From: Perkinsela sp. CCAP 1560/9
Lineage: Eukaryota; Protista; Euglenozoa: Kinetoplastea
DNA length: 64,000 nucleotides
Reading direction: 5' to 3'
Assembly (NCBI GenBank): GCA_965644495.1
Contig: CBFFSA010000005.1
Location: 186,001-250,000 of the forward strand
Below are positions 1 to 10,743 of this stretch, one piece after another (the first letter of the stretch is position 1; every line of letters begins with the position of its first letter). The notes below the pieces were generated by a model that was not told the origin of the DNA, did no database searches, and worked only from the letters and a program-made list of their open reading frames with translations. A program made the translations under genes and the position numbers.

Positions 1-219
1 ACATCGGTTAGAATATGGAGGCATTAAGAGTGATGAATACCATGGGAATAAGGGTAAATATCATTCGGCGTAATATTTCTCGATTTAACTTCGCTTCAAG
101 CTTCCGAAGGAGGTGGAACTCCGGAATGTGATACATGTTTAATTCCGTGAAAAAGGTTAGCTACTGTAGAGTATTATGTACACGTATTCTGAACACCCTA
201 TTCTTAGGCACGAAATATA

Positions 220-297
220 TTGAACCACCGTCCGGATTATTGTACCCAGGGGCACTTATTGTACCTCCTATGTACAATAACCCGGATGGTGGTTTAG
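220..297. mobile_element. 78-bp miniature inverted-repeat element (CTAAACC-terminus family)
   Basis: Left ttgaaccaccgtccggattattgtac versus reverse complement of right end ctaaaccaccatccgggttattgtac; internal TATTGTAC at 238 and 257 (19-bp spacing); related terminus at 5753-5777. Confidence 0.6.
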
Positions 298-397
298 TTA
301 AGTAGTCTATACAGCTGATAACTGTTTCTATATACAATTATATTAGCATGGGCGTTTCGTATAGAAGAGACTTTCGAAGTCTTTTTGCTCCGTTTCC

Positions 398-2446
398 ATG
401 AAGAAACCTTTGGCTAGCAGTCTGTGGAAAGTGCTCGGATTATCAGGGCCAGTCAAAACTACCAGTCAACTGCGCAACGCATATTTCGCCTCCGTATTGA
501 AGATGCATCCAGATGTCTCTAAGGAGAGCAATGCACCTGAAAAATTTTGCGCTCTTACGTCAGCCTATCATACCTTGCTACGTGAGATGAAAGCAAGCGT
601 ATACCTGAAAAGGTATGGACACAATGTACGAGAACAGGGTGCTTGTGGCACTCACACAGTACATGCACGTAAATGGTCCTGGCACCGTATAGCACAAGAA
701 TGCAAAACGCGCACGCTCTTGAGTGATCAAATCCGTCGTCATCTTGTTGATGCTTGTCGAATGCTTAGCTCAGAGACCGAATTTGAGACTCAACTACACT
801 TGGATCTTCCACAATCTTGCTTCACATTTGTTGATGCAGGCAATAACCTAATTAACAATCTTCATGTGGCTAATCAAGAACTCGCAAAAGTAAACAAAAC
901 AATGCCACTTATTATTCGTGAATGTTTTCGCCAAAGAGATAGCACTGTGAATCTACCAGTATCCCCAAAACCACTTCTGCTCGTAGGAGCTATAAAGTTA
1001 AACCTTAATTTTTCGCGGAAAGAAAAACAAGAATCGTGTGATTCGGAGACTGTGGAGTACAGTTCCTCTTTGAGAATTCGCAAACCCCATAGTGACTTTA
1101 CGGTTTCTGAACTAAACTCCGATACTGTTCATAAATTGGAGTGTATTTCGATAGAATATTTTACTCTCAAAAAACGGGTTCAAAAATGTTTGGACATCCT
1201 TGCACTCCAATGGAGCGGTATTCCCTTTCACGTTCCCTTAGACTTATATTCCGAGGGAATTCAAGAAATGCGGAACAAGGTGGAGGTGATTGAAAATCTT
1301 GCTCAAAGCATTACTATTGGTGAACAAAACGAGACTTCTAATGTTCGACGATCAGTATGCCTGCGTGAGCTTGGAATGCACGCTGTTTCTGCGACAGAAA
1401 CGGATTCGCAATCTATTCGTTCCGCTTCGTTAGATTCTGATGGTACCGAATGTGATTTAGATGGCGATGCAAGCGTATCACTTAAAAATCTTACTACGGG
1501 CACTGTCACTCGTGTCCAGCTTGATCTGCCTCGAGAAAACACAACGGATGAAAATGGAAATCTTCGAGTGGTCGTATCGAAAGACCCAACAGAGCCCTCT
1601 AATTCACGCATTCCAAAGTATATTGTTAGAATATGTTTGTGCTCGTCTTATGTTCCTTTTCTGAAGGGCCTGGAGGAGGCTTCAAAGAAACTTGAAACCC
1701 GCTTAATGAAAAGAAAACACGTAAGAACCCAAGTATATTCTTTACGACAGAAACTTCCGGATTCTAGTCGAAGATTTTTCACGCGCACATATGGGTTTGC
1801 CGATGAGGAGGAGTTAATCTTTATGAAAAGGTTAGGTGGAGCAAAACTTCCCTTGCGCTTGTTTTCTCAGGGTTGTGACGTTCATAAAAGTGATTTCGTG
1901 TCTGGCACTGGTGCTCTGGTGGACCATATCCCTCAAGACTTTTGGTGGTGTGAAGCAGGAGAAGCCATGGACACTAGTATTGCTATTTTAGACAATTCAA
2001 ACATATCAAGTCAGAGATTCTTTAACGTGTGGTTTCAATACGTAGCTGCCTGTTGTCAGGTACGGGATCTCATTGAAACCGACCTTCGAGAGATGCACAT
2101 TCGATCCATACTAAAAAGGTCCTCACCACGTGTTGCGATGGATCAACTTTACACGTTTATTCAGGCGTTCGCTAACTCTAACTGTCGCACGTCACTTGAA
2201 AATAGAGTTCTTTACGAAGATCTCGGCCACGAATTTGAGAAGAAACGTACACAAGAGCAGACAAAGTCTTGTGACAACGATTTTCTTTGCATATTAGTAG
2301 CCCCGGAAAATACCTCTATTTCAATATCTGCGAAAGGTGAACTTTACCTTCCCTGGAACATCAGTCCGTCGGACCTTAATGATTGGATTGAAAGTAGACC
2401 TGACATTCCACGCCTCGAACAAAGTGTAATGCATCGCTCTTCGTAA
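398..2446 (+). CDS. N-terminal J-domain (DnaJ) protein
   Basis: 682-aa ORF; WKVLGL..QLRNAY..LKMHPDV..EKFCALTSAYHTL is a J domain with HPD motif; remainder not recognised. Confidence 0.7.
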   Translation: MKKPLASSLWKVLGLSGPVKTTSQLRNAYFASVLKMHPDVSKESNAPEKFCALTSAYHTLLREMKASVYLKRYGHNVREQGACGTHTVHARKWSWHRIAQECKTRTLLSDQIRRHLVDACRMLSSETEFETQLHLDLPQSCFTFVDAGNNLINNLHVANQELAKVNKTMPLIIRECFRQRDSTVNLPVSPKPLLLVGAIKLNLNFSRKEKQESCDSETVEYSSSLRIRKPHSDFTVSELNSDTVHKLECISIEYFTLKKRVQKCLDILALQWSGIPFHVPLDLYSEGIQEMRNKVEVIENLAQSITIGEQNETSNVRRSVCLRELGMHAVSATETDSQSIRSASLDSDGTECDLDGDASVSLKNLTTGTVTRVQLDLPRENTTDENGNLRVVVSKDPTEPSNSRIPKYIVRICLCSSYVPFLKGLEEASKKLETRLMKRKHVRTQVYSLRQKLPDSSRRFFTRTYGFADEEELIFMKRLGGAKLPLRLFSQGCDVHKSDFVSGTGALVDHIPQDFWWCEAGEAMDTSIAILDNSNISSQRFFNVWFQYVAACCQVRDLIETDLREMHIRSILKRSSPRVAMDQLYTFIQAFANSNCRTSLENRVLYEDLGHEFEKKRTQEQTKSCDNDFLCILVAPENTSISISAKGELYLPWNISPSDLNDWIESRPDIPRLEQSVMHRSS

Positions 2447-2593
2447 AACACGATCCTCGGAGTTTGTTCAACTATAAAACTAAATAAATTCTTTTCATTC
2501 GGGATATACAATAAATTCTTGACTTTTCTTCGACTCATGTCGTCTCTATACTGTTTTGATAGCTACAGTACCCTATTCTTTAGCCACAACGCC

Positions 2594-2863
2594 ATGACTG
2601 TGTTGACTGCCATTCGGAATTTTGATCCTGCTAAGTACATTCGTCAACACCCATGTAGAGTGTTCTCCGGTATTTGGCTCACATTCTGCGTATATGCAAA
2701 TTACAAGTTATGGAATCGCATGAAAGAACTCTACCCAATATGGAGCGATATTGCGGCACAGAATCGGAAAGATTTTGCTAGCTACAAAACTCAAGAACTC
2801 TATGATATCCGCCATTATAACCGTAAAGCTGAAGAAATGCGACGAGACTTACAGGCAAGATAA
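2594..2863 (+). CDS. small single-pass membrane protein, possibly mitochondrial
   Basis: 89-aa ORF from ATG 2594 (MTVLTAIRNF) with one hydrophobic segment and a charged helical tail; co-oriented with the cluster. Confidence 0.6.
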   Translation: MTVLTAIRNFDPAKYIRQHPCRVFSGIWLTFCVYANYKLWNRMKELYPIWSDIAAQNRKDFASYKTQELYDIRHYNRKAEEMRRDLQAR

Positions 2864-3159
2864 ACACACTCATTACATATGCTGTCGCATATTTGTACAA
2901 CAAAACGCTTGTGCTGCATTTCTGAAGGAAATTACGATCTTGCTTTCTGTGGTATCGTCCTTCATACACTTATAATCGTCAGCAATAGGGAACCAACATC
3001 TAGTTGTACAAATTATCTGGATACAGTAGCTTTACTAAGTTTCGTATGACAGCAAGAGATAAAAACGATACTGATCTGGATAATAAACATGTCAGATATT
3101 GATTGTGTATATCTTGGGTTCTTAATGTACTTAGTCTTAATGTAGATAGAACACTGCTA

Positions 3160-3205
3160 TTTTTCTTTTTTCTGATATTTTTCTGACTTTTATTTTGTTT
3201 CGCAG
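3160..3205 (+). promoter_or_regulatory. polypyrimidine tract and AG, probable trans-splice acceptor of RPT2
   Basis: ttttcttttttctgatattttttctgacttttattttgtttcgcAG immediately before aATG; typical kinetoplastid SL acceptor context. Confidence 0.6.
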
Positions 3206-3206
3206 A

Positions 3207-4517
3207 ATGGGACAGTCCCAGAGCAATATAGGAGCTAACGATGACGGAAACACGGAGGAAAAGCGAAAATGGGAGCCTCCTGCAGCCCCTACTGTTGGAA
3301 AGAAAAAGAAGAAACGAACCCAAGCAGCGATCTCACGTCTCCCAAAGGTGTATCCAGCTAAAGCTTGTAGGCTTAAAGCCCTAAGGCTCGCCCGAATTAA
3401 GGATTACTTGCTTATGGAGGAAGAGTTTATTGACTCCTTTGGTGACACCGATACAACAGCGGCGCCCAGTGCAGTGGAACAGGAATTGCGTAAAGTACAG
3501 GAAATTCAAGGAATGCCTTTGCAGGTTGCGACGCTTGAGGAGATGGTGGATGATCAGCATGCCATTGTAGAGAGCATTGGGGAGCACTATGTTCCCGTCA
3601 TGAGCTTTGTGGACAAGGAACTTATCGAGCCTGGGTGTAGTGTCTTGATTCATAATAAAACCTATGCGGTGGTGGGCGTTCTAGAAGATGATGCCGACCC
3701 TCTCGTGAGTGTAATGAAGGTAGAGAAAGCCCCACAAGAGTCCTACGCCGATATTGGAGGCTTGGAAAATCAGATTCAAGAAATCAAGGAAGCTGTTGAG
3801 TATCCCCTAACCCATCCAGAGCTCTATGAGGAAATTGGTATCAAACCTCCTAAAGGGGTAATACTGTACGGGGCACCTGGTACCGGAAAGACTCTTCTAG
3901 CCAAGGCAGTAGCGAATCAAACACACGCCACTTTCCTGCGTGTTGTTGGTTCTGAACTAATTCAGAAGTATCTTGGAGACGGGCCGAAGTTGGTCAGAGA
4001 ACTCTTTCGTGTCGCAGAAGAAAACTCTCCCTCCGTCGTGTTTATTGATGAAATTGACGCTGTAGGGACGAAGCGTTACGATGCCTCCAGCAGCGGGGAA
4101 CGAGAGATTCAAAGAACAATGTTGGAACTTTTGAATCAATTGGATGGCTTTGACATTCACAGTGAGGTAAAGGTAATTATGGCAACCAACAGAATTGAGA
4201 CGTTGGATCCCGCATTGTTAAGACCCGGGCGAATTGATCGAAAAATTGAGTTTCCTCTTCCAGACCAAAAAACGAAAAAGATGATTTTTGACATACATAC
4301 GGGGAAAATGGCACTCACAGAGGATGTCGATCTTTCAGAATTTGTTATGGCACGTGATGAAATGTCTGGGGCCGATATACAGGCCATGTGCACGGAGGCT
4401 GGTTTGTTAGCACTGCGAGAGCGTCGCATGAAGGTCAGCCAGGCTGATTTCCTCAAGGCGAAGGAGAACGTTTTATACCGAAAAAACAAAGGTGCTCCGC
4501 AAGGTCTGTATGCGTAG
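3207..4517 (+). CDS. RPT2: 26S proteasome AAA-ATPase subunit Rpt2 (PSMC1)
   Basis: MGQSQS N-terminus, GAPGTGKT Walker A, IDEIDAVG Walker [19 protein letters not shown]-terminal GLYA; pyrimidine tract plus AG at 3204-3205 before the ATG. Confidence 0.97.
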   Translation: MGQSQSNIGANDDGNTEEKRKWEPPAAPTVGKKKKKRTQAAISRLPKVYPAKACRLKALRLARIKDYLLMEEEFIDSFGDTDTTAAPSAVEQELRKVQEIQGMPLQVATLEEMVDDQHAIVESIGEHYVPVMSFVDKELIEPGCSVLIHNKTYAVVGVLEDDADPLVSVMKVEKAPQESYADIGGLENQIQEIKEAVEYPLTHPELYEEIGIKPPKGVILYGAPGTGKTLLAKAVANQTHATFLRVVGSELIQKYLGDGPKLVRELFRVAEENSPSVVFIDEIDAVGTKRYDASSSGEREIQRTMLELLNQLDGFDIHSEVKVIMATNRIETLDPALLRPGRIDRKIEFPLPDQKTKKMIFDIHTGKMALTEDVDLSEFVMARDEMSGADIQAMCTEAGLLALRERRMKVSQADFLKAKENVLYRKNKGAPQGLYA

Positions 4518-4924
4518 GGTCATAACTATTTCATTTCTTTTTATCTTGGAAAGCAATCCCTACATATAAATGTCACTCGTTTTTTTGAAGCAATGAGTAG
4601 CCATAGTTACTAAGGTTACTAATAACCTTAGGGCCTAGGTGGTGGGCCTAGGGGGTTCACACCAGTATCTTTTGCTTGACTCACGTGACACGAATAGCAT
4701 ACTTACAGGACTAATAATAGCTTTCCAGATAAAATGTTACGTATCCTGCAGTAATATCTGATTTTTTATTCTCTACATACTTAGGACTCTGCAATAAATT
4801 AACTACGATTTCCACATGGCACTTACAACTTAGTACTCCGCATATTGTATTATATACTATCATACAAAAAGCACTTAAATGGGCTTTTCCTCTTCTTCTT
4901 TGGGTTTTCTATACTTTGTACACC

Positions 4925-5308
4925 ATGAGGCTACTGACACACAATTTTTTACAATGTGTCAATTGCTGCAGTTTGGGCTATCCCCTAGCCCTTCAGGTAT
5001 CCTCGCAGGACGAAGTAGAGTACGTAGAATGTGATTTTGACGAAGCTTTCATCCAAAATTTATTGAATCGGCTTGATTTTAAAGCCTTACGAGCTGCTAT
5101 CGAAGGGCTTCCGATTCACATGGAGCTTCCCGTGTCTATACCCGAATCCTGCGAGTCCGAAGTTTTGTCTTTACCAGAAATGGAGGCCGTGCACAAGGCT
5201 TTGAATTGCTATGAGATTTTGAATGGGACGATGACTTGTCCTGAATGCTCACAAGTCTATGATATTAATGATCGGATCCCAAATATGGTGGTCCCCTCCA
5301 AGGAATGA
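4925..5308 (+). CDS. TRM112: TRM112 methyltransferase activator
   Basis: MRLLTHNFLQC..GYPL..G.MTCPECSQVYDINDRIPNM matches the TRM112 consensus. Confidence 0.92.
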   Translation: MRLLTHNFLQCVNCCSLGYPLALQVSSQDEVEYVECDFDEAFIQNLLNRLDFKALRAAIEGLPIHMELPVSIPESCESEVLSLPEMEAVHKALNCYEILNGTMTCPECSQVYDINDRIPNMVVPSKE

Positions 5309-5692
5309 GATGTGCTTTCAAGTCATAAACAGACGATTATTTGCAGCGAAAGACAATCATGTTACAATGATTACGGATATGAGATAGAAAATGTTTGCGT
5401 CAAAATTCTTACTTTGCATTGCTATATTTTTTACGCGTTTTTTTGAAACGCATTTCAAGAGTTTGTGGACTTCAATGATCGTGTTTTCCTTTTACAGCTT
5501 TAAGCGAAGATGGGGCCCTCCAAAAATTTTGATCAATACGGAGCACCAGACGTTTCGGCTAAGCATTTCAAAAAATTGGTGTTTAGGCTGGGGTAGCATT
5601 TTTTGAAGTCCACTGCCAATTTAAAAAATTGGAATAATAAGTGTACGCGCACACTTAATTTTTTTTGCCGTTTTTTTGGTTTTTCCAATTTT

Positions 5693-5775
5693 TAGTTATT
5701 GTGCCAAGAGCCACGTATTGTGCCTAGAGCTAGTTATTGTGCAGGGGGGGCTCAATAACCCGGAACACGGTTTAG
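5693..5775. mobile_element. solo right terminus of CTAAACC-family DNA transposon with 19-bp subterminal repeats
   Basis: TATTGTGC at 5697, 5716 and 5735, then caataacccggaacacggtttag followed by TA; homologous to the end of the 220-297 element. Confidence 0.55.
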
Positions 5776-6541
5776 TACATGTATTCACCTAAGAGAACCT
5801 TTCGAACCCTTCAAAACCTTTCCTTTATTTATGATGCCAATCTTTTGCATGAACTTTACAGTCATGATAGCATGCCAACCCTTTAACAGACTGATACAAG
5901 TACACGATATCAAATTGATTTCCATATTTTTGCTCATTTTTATTGCATACGAGAGATCTCGTTCCCGTGGAAAAGAGCATTTTCCCATATTGATCCCTTG
6001 TACGCCCTGGTCAGAGAATAAGCGCTTAGGCCAAAAAAATAGAAAAATTATTAAAAATATTTTTATTACTTTGTAAAAACATCTGTGTCTTTTTTTTTAA
6101 AGAGACTTAAAAGCAGCGGGAACGTACAGATCTAAAACATTTGCACGATTTTATACGTTCAATGTATACAAAAACGCGTTCTTGCAAAATTATACATGTA
6201 CAACCAAAGTGACACCCAACTCAGTCACATGCCCACCAACATATAAATAATTTCATAGCGTCTCCCTAGACCAGGGATAGACCAGCGGGTAAGTGTAGCT
6301 AAGTGCGGGTAAGCGGGTACACTCACCCAGCTGGGTGGGTACTCGACTTACCCTTTTAGGTGTATTTCGCAGATAGCTTTTTATTGTAGCCCTAAGAATA
6401 GTTCCTATGTGAACCCGTGGGTCCGAGGAGCTGGGTCCGGACTCAAAGACCCACAGAATGTACCGTGTAAAGAATTATGACAGGGGGAGTAGGATTTGTT
6501 CTACAAACTTTCTTTGTCTCACCTAAATTTATTATAGTCTT

Positions 6542-6880
6542 ATGACTTCTCCGAGCGCCTCTGTTCTTACTTCTGACGAAATAGCGGAAGCTACCAAATC
6601 TCTTGTTACGGAAATTATTCCTGAAAATGCGCCGTATCAGCACAGCCAAGTGCAGCAGTGGTGTGGTCAAATCGTAGAAGCCTGCACAAAAAAATACCTG
6701 GAGCTCAGTAGCGCACCTCGGAAATACATAACTTCGTGCGTAATATTACAAAATAAGGGTGCTGGTGTACACGCTGCTTCAGCATGCCATTGGGATGCGT
6801 CATGCGACTTTTCATCAACCGTAAAGCATGAATTACCGGAAATGATATGCATTGTCACGGTGTATTGTGTCGGAATTTAG
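6542..6880 (+). CDS. DYNLT1: Tctex-1 type dynein light chain
   Basis: YQHSQVQQW, KYITSCVILQNKGAGVHAASACHWD, MICIVTVYC. Confidence 0.9.
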   Translation: MTSPSASVLTSDEIAEATKSLVTEIIPENAPYQHSQVQQWCGQIVEACTKKYLELSSAPRKYITSCVILQNKGAGVHAASACHWDASCDFSSTVKHELPEMICIVTVYCVGI

Positions 6881-7254
6881 AAAATTAATGGTTCATGCAT
6901 GCCTTACATCATGATTGGAATTGACGTTTTGCTGATTTTTTATACTATGGGTGCTCCGGAAGTCTGATTGCAGTATTGTATTCACAAATGTACTGAAAAA
7001 GAAGCCTTTTAGCAATCTGAAGGTAGAGTGACAAATTTGAGATGGTGCACATTGTTTTTAGCCAGTGTCGTACTGGTGTCGTACTCCGTCGGAGTAGTTC
7101 ACATTCAATAAACGGGCGAAATTATAAACTTTTTCACGGTTTGGTGTCACGTTTGCACCTGTTACTTTTTTATTGCAATATTCTATTCTTTTCAACTTGT
7201 TCCTCTATTCTGCGCAATTTTTCTACGATATTCTTTTTGTCTTCAATTATTTTT

Positions 7255-9105
7255 ATGTCTCAAATTGAAAAAACTTTGTCGGAAAAACTGCATCAAGTGG
7301 AAGATCCTGAAGAAATGCTTGCTCTCTCTGAGAGCATGCTAAAGTTGAACCTTTACAATGAAGTAGGTATACGACAGAAACTAAATGCTCTAATGGAGAA
7401 GGGACACTTTTCAGACATATGCTCATTTTTGGAGTCCTATTCACAACATAACCCCTATCCACTGGCACTGGCTTACGCCTACTACCGTTGCGAGCGCTAC
7501 TTGGATTGCTTTGAAGTAATAGGAAGATTTTCATCTTCAACTACGGACGCCCAGATGCCACTCTCACTTCTTTCTGCACAATGCATGTATCGAAGCTCTA
7601 AACTTGAAGATGCGTTCGCAATGTACCAGGACTTATTGAATTCGAAGGATCTTCCTACAGATTTGAAACAGCTTTTAGTTGTGAATTCATTAGCAATTCT
7701 TTCTGAATTTGAAGCATCGGAATGTTCTCTTCAGTTAGAAAAGCTTGATCCCTGGCTTAGGAATCTCGATAGTCCTGATATCAGAAACAACCTTGGAGTG
7801 GCACTAAGCTCGATTGGAAAAAGCGAGGAAGCTATGAGACTGTGGTTACAAGAAAGTTCGCTCGATCAATTTTTGGAAAACCACCGCGGTACAGTTGAGG
7901 AAGAGCCGAGTAACTTTGTGACGCTTCTTGCGGTAGCGATGAGTCTCAAAAACGTTTGTACGAAACGCCTCTGTGACGCATTGTCCTTAAATCGGAAGTT
8001 AAGCAAAAATGAATGTGTTGTGACAGAGATGAACAGCATCAAATTGAACAATATGATCAACACTTTTCAATGTATCAAAGGACTGCGTACATTGACAGAA
8101 CACAGTGGTAAACTTACGAAACGTCAAAATTTTGTGGTAGAGTACAATACCGTATTCTATATGATGCGACTAGGTCATCATCAAACTGCTTTACAACGAG
8201 CCAAAAATCTTTACATGGATTATCCATATGAGTTGCTTGCTGCGCAACTCTATGTTCACGTGATGACTTCAATTTATCCGAAGAAAGTGACGGCACTCGT
8301 ATCGACAATCTTGAAAAAGTTACCGTGTGATACCGCGACGCCTTTTAGCTCGGATCAATTTACCTTTATTCTTTTTCTCGCTCAACGTTTGTGGGACTTG
8401 CATGGTAAAATTGAGCTTGTGGAATTTGTTCTCTGTCATCTACCTGAAAATAAACGATTTTCCGTACCGTTGCTTCTTACAGTTTCTCGTATGGCACAGA
8501 AAAGTAACCAGATTTCAAAAGCAGCCAATGTACTAGAGCAAGGTGTTAAATACTGGGAGAACAAAAAAGGAAGTAGTGCCTACTTTGCTCTCTTGAAGGA
8601 ACTTGCCGTATTGTATAGTTCTGCGAAGAAACTTGATGAAGGGGTCAAAGTTCTTAAAAAGCTTGTTGAAATTTCTCCCAGCAAAGAGGTTCTAGCGAAA
8701 CTTGTTCTTCTACTAAGTGAAATCAATCCAGACGAGGCTATACTATTCGCGGAGCGTTTGACGTCTACTGACGAAGAAACTGATCGACCAGAATTATCGA
8801 CACTCGAGACAGAGGACCTTCCCCGAGTAAAACACTATACCACAGAGTCTCACAGCACACCAGCATCACCTTTCCTAAGAAATAAAATGCTTAAAAAGCG
8901 CAGAAAGCGAACACGTGCCCACAAAGTTGACACAAGCACAAATTTCCCGCTAGATCCCGATCGCTGGTTGCCGTTGAGTGAACGTTCTTCCATGAAAAAA
9001 CTGGGTAAGAAAACTTTAGCCCGTCTAGCTGAGGAAAGAAGATTGTTGGCTCAAGAGAAACGTGAGACCTTTAATAACAAGCTAATAGAAGCTACACAAG
9101 TATAG
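7255..9105 (+). CDS. SRP72: signal recognition particle subunit SRP72
   Basis: TPR-like helices (LAYAYYR, LSAQCMYR) and C-terminal KKRRKR..DPDRWLPLSERS RNA-binding motif; start at MSQIEK inferred because the upstream ORF extension is a T-rich tract. Confidence 0.85.
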   Translation: MSQIEKTLSEKLHQVEDPEEMLALSESMLKLNLYNEVGIRQKLNALMEKGHFSDICSFLESYSQHNPYPLALAYAYYRCERYLDCFEVIGRFSSSTTDAQMPLSLLSAQCMYRSSKLEDAFAMYQDLLNSKDLPTDLKQLLVVNSLAILSEFEASECSLQLEKLDPWLRNLDSPDIRNNLGVALSSIGKSEEAMRLWLQESSLDQFLENHRGTVEEEPSNFVTLLAVAMSLKNVCTKRLCDALSLNRKLSKNECVVTEMNSIKLNNMINTFQCIKGLRTLTEHSGKLTKRQNFVVEYNTVFYMMRLGHHQTALQRAKNLYMDYPYELLAAQLYVHVMTSIYPKKVTALVSTILKKLPCDTATPFSSDQFTFILFLAQRLWDLHGKIELVEFVLCHLPENKRFSVPLLLTVSRMAQKSNQISKAANVLEQGVKYWENKKGSSAYFALLKELAVLYSSAKKLDEGVKVLKKLVEISPSKEVLAKLVLLLSEINPDEAILFAERLTSTDEETDRPELSTLETEDLPRVKHYTTESHSTPASPFLRNKMLKKRRKRTRAHKVDTSTNFPLDPDRWLPLSERSSMKKLGKKTLARLAEERRLLAQEKRETFNNKLIEATQV

Positions 9106-9259
9106 AAAAACACGGCTGGAGAGTTTGCAGTATTCACGATGAAAATTGTGACAGCATAATGCATATTGCATGCCTAGAACAATCATGTATTACGTGAATA
9201 GCGAGAGACTCATCCAAAACCTCCTTTTTAATTTCCCTCTTTAACATACAATGTATGAT

Positions 9260-9288
9260 AAACTGCCTATGTATTACATAGGCAGTTT
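9260..9288. repeat. perfect palindrome, 14-bp arms, 1-nt spacer
   Basis: aaactgcctatgta-t-tacataggcagttt. Confidence 0.9.
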
Positions 9289-9578
9289 TGAAAAAAATGT
9301 TTCATCGTTTTGTTGTATTTAATCTTATCTTAAATTTAAGATGCAGTAATCCTTGGGTTCCATGCAGCAACGTTGCATACGGAATACAGTATTCCGCATG
9401 AATTACGTCATGCAGTATGACTCATGGAGCATTACTACGAGAAATACCAGACATTCTATATGGTAAACCTATTCCTCCTATCTGGTTTTAATATAGCGAG
9501 AACTCAAAAGCAAAAACGAGTACCCCGATCCAACTACACTACAATCCATAGAACACTCTTTCCCTTCCCTGTTCCCTC

Positions 9579-10193
9579 ATGAGAACACTTCAGCCAGAGC
9601 TCAACAACGTCGCCAGGGCTGTGATTCTGGTGAGTGAGGCACGACGGCAGGAATTTCTTCACCTACAGCACCAGCAGCAGTACTGCAAAATGCTGTTAAA
9701 GGCGCAGACCAGCGAGCCGTCGTGTGCGGAGGTGCGAAAGACGTGTGCGTGCTGCTCCCTCCCCCTTCACCGCATGTTAGATGTCCAGGGGCGGCTGGAG
9801 AATCTCCTTCGTCGGGGCTATCCCGAGCACGAGGTCACGACACTGGTCCCCTCCCTGCTGCTGCAGTATTCCGGACGGGAGGGGCAGTTAATGGATGACA
9901 TGAGTGCGCAGTTCGGTCCCGAACCCACGGAGGACTCCGTGGAGCACCGCTACGAGAGCATACAACGGAAATTACAGAATCTAAACCACAAATGGAAAAG
10001 GATTCTTCTACAAGCCCGTCAGGCTGCCTCGGAGGAGGAGTACTCCTCTGTGATACGGCACCTAAGCGTGATGCGTATCTTCCTAGAGGGGAGTCAGGCG
10101 ACGACGTATTCATGTGACCCGATGGAATGCGAGCGGCGTGACATGCTCCATCTTGTGACACTGCAAAAATTAGGTCACATGCCCGTTTGCTAG
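9579..10193 (+). CDS. hypothetical protein with kinetoplastid-type YxGRExxL..K/QFGPEP module
   Basis: 204-aa ORF containing VPSLLLQYSGREGQLMDDMSAQFGPEP, a helical motif I recall from kinetoplastid hypothetical proteins. Confidence 0.6.
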   Translation: MRTLQPELNNVARAVILVSEARRQEFLHLQHQQQYCKMLLKAQTSEPSCAEVRKTCACCSLPLHRMLDVQGRLENLLRRGYPEHEVTTLVPSLLLQYSGREGQLMDDMSAQFGPEPTEDSVEHRYESIQRKLQNLNHKWKRILLQARQAASEEEYSSVIRHLSVMRIFLEGSQATTYSCDPMECERRDMLHLVTLQKLGHMPVC

Positions 10194-10743
10194 ACAGTTT
10201 ACTATGAGCCTATGGAGGTGAGGACTTGGGTTGAGGGCTGTAGAAAAGCTAAAGGTGTTCTTTTTTTAGACTAGAGTAGAACAGTTATTGCTGTAAAGAA
10301 ACGTTAATTAAAACTAGAGATTATTTATCCGTCACTTTTGCTTACCTTCTGTATGAGGAATGGTAAATGATTAGTGCGCGGAAATTTTGTTTTGCTTTCT
10401 ATTTTGTGCGTTTATTAAGAAGTGGGTTTGACGCTATATCGTACTCATTACTCCTAGAACATCTTGTTAAATTACATACGGCCTTCTATTGCATTCAATG
10501 TTTTTCAGAAAGCAATAGCTGCGCTTGGAACACGACATGAGTTTAGTTTTTGAGCACATATTCTTACAAATCTACTAATACGTAAACTGTACGCGACCTA
10601 GAATATAATACGAAAAAATACGAATCTACTAAATAATGTACTCACCAAAACTGATCAGAACTGATTAAATTTGAATATAATCTAAGACTGCGGAAAACTA
10701 GAAGAGCATTCCTTTCTAAATTATCTTTTTCAAATACGAATCC

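Noticed and set aside
318-345. aactgtttctatatacaatta resembling spliced-leader sequence
   Set aside because: Only a partial match, with no SL gene structure or array
5693-5745. Regular 19-bp repeats as a CRISPR-like array
   Set aside because: Only three tandem units with no unique spacers; they abut a transposon-like terminus in eukaryotic DNA
7042-7254. Long N-terminal extensions in the ORF track (also 3195, 11244, 39541, 42853, 44455)
   Set aside because: They translate T-rich splice-acceptor tracts, mostly from non-ATG starts; downstream ATGs fit the protein families better
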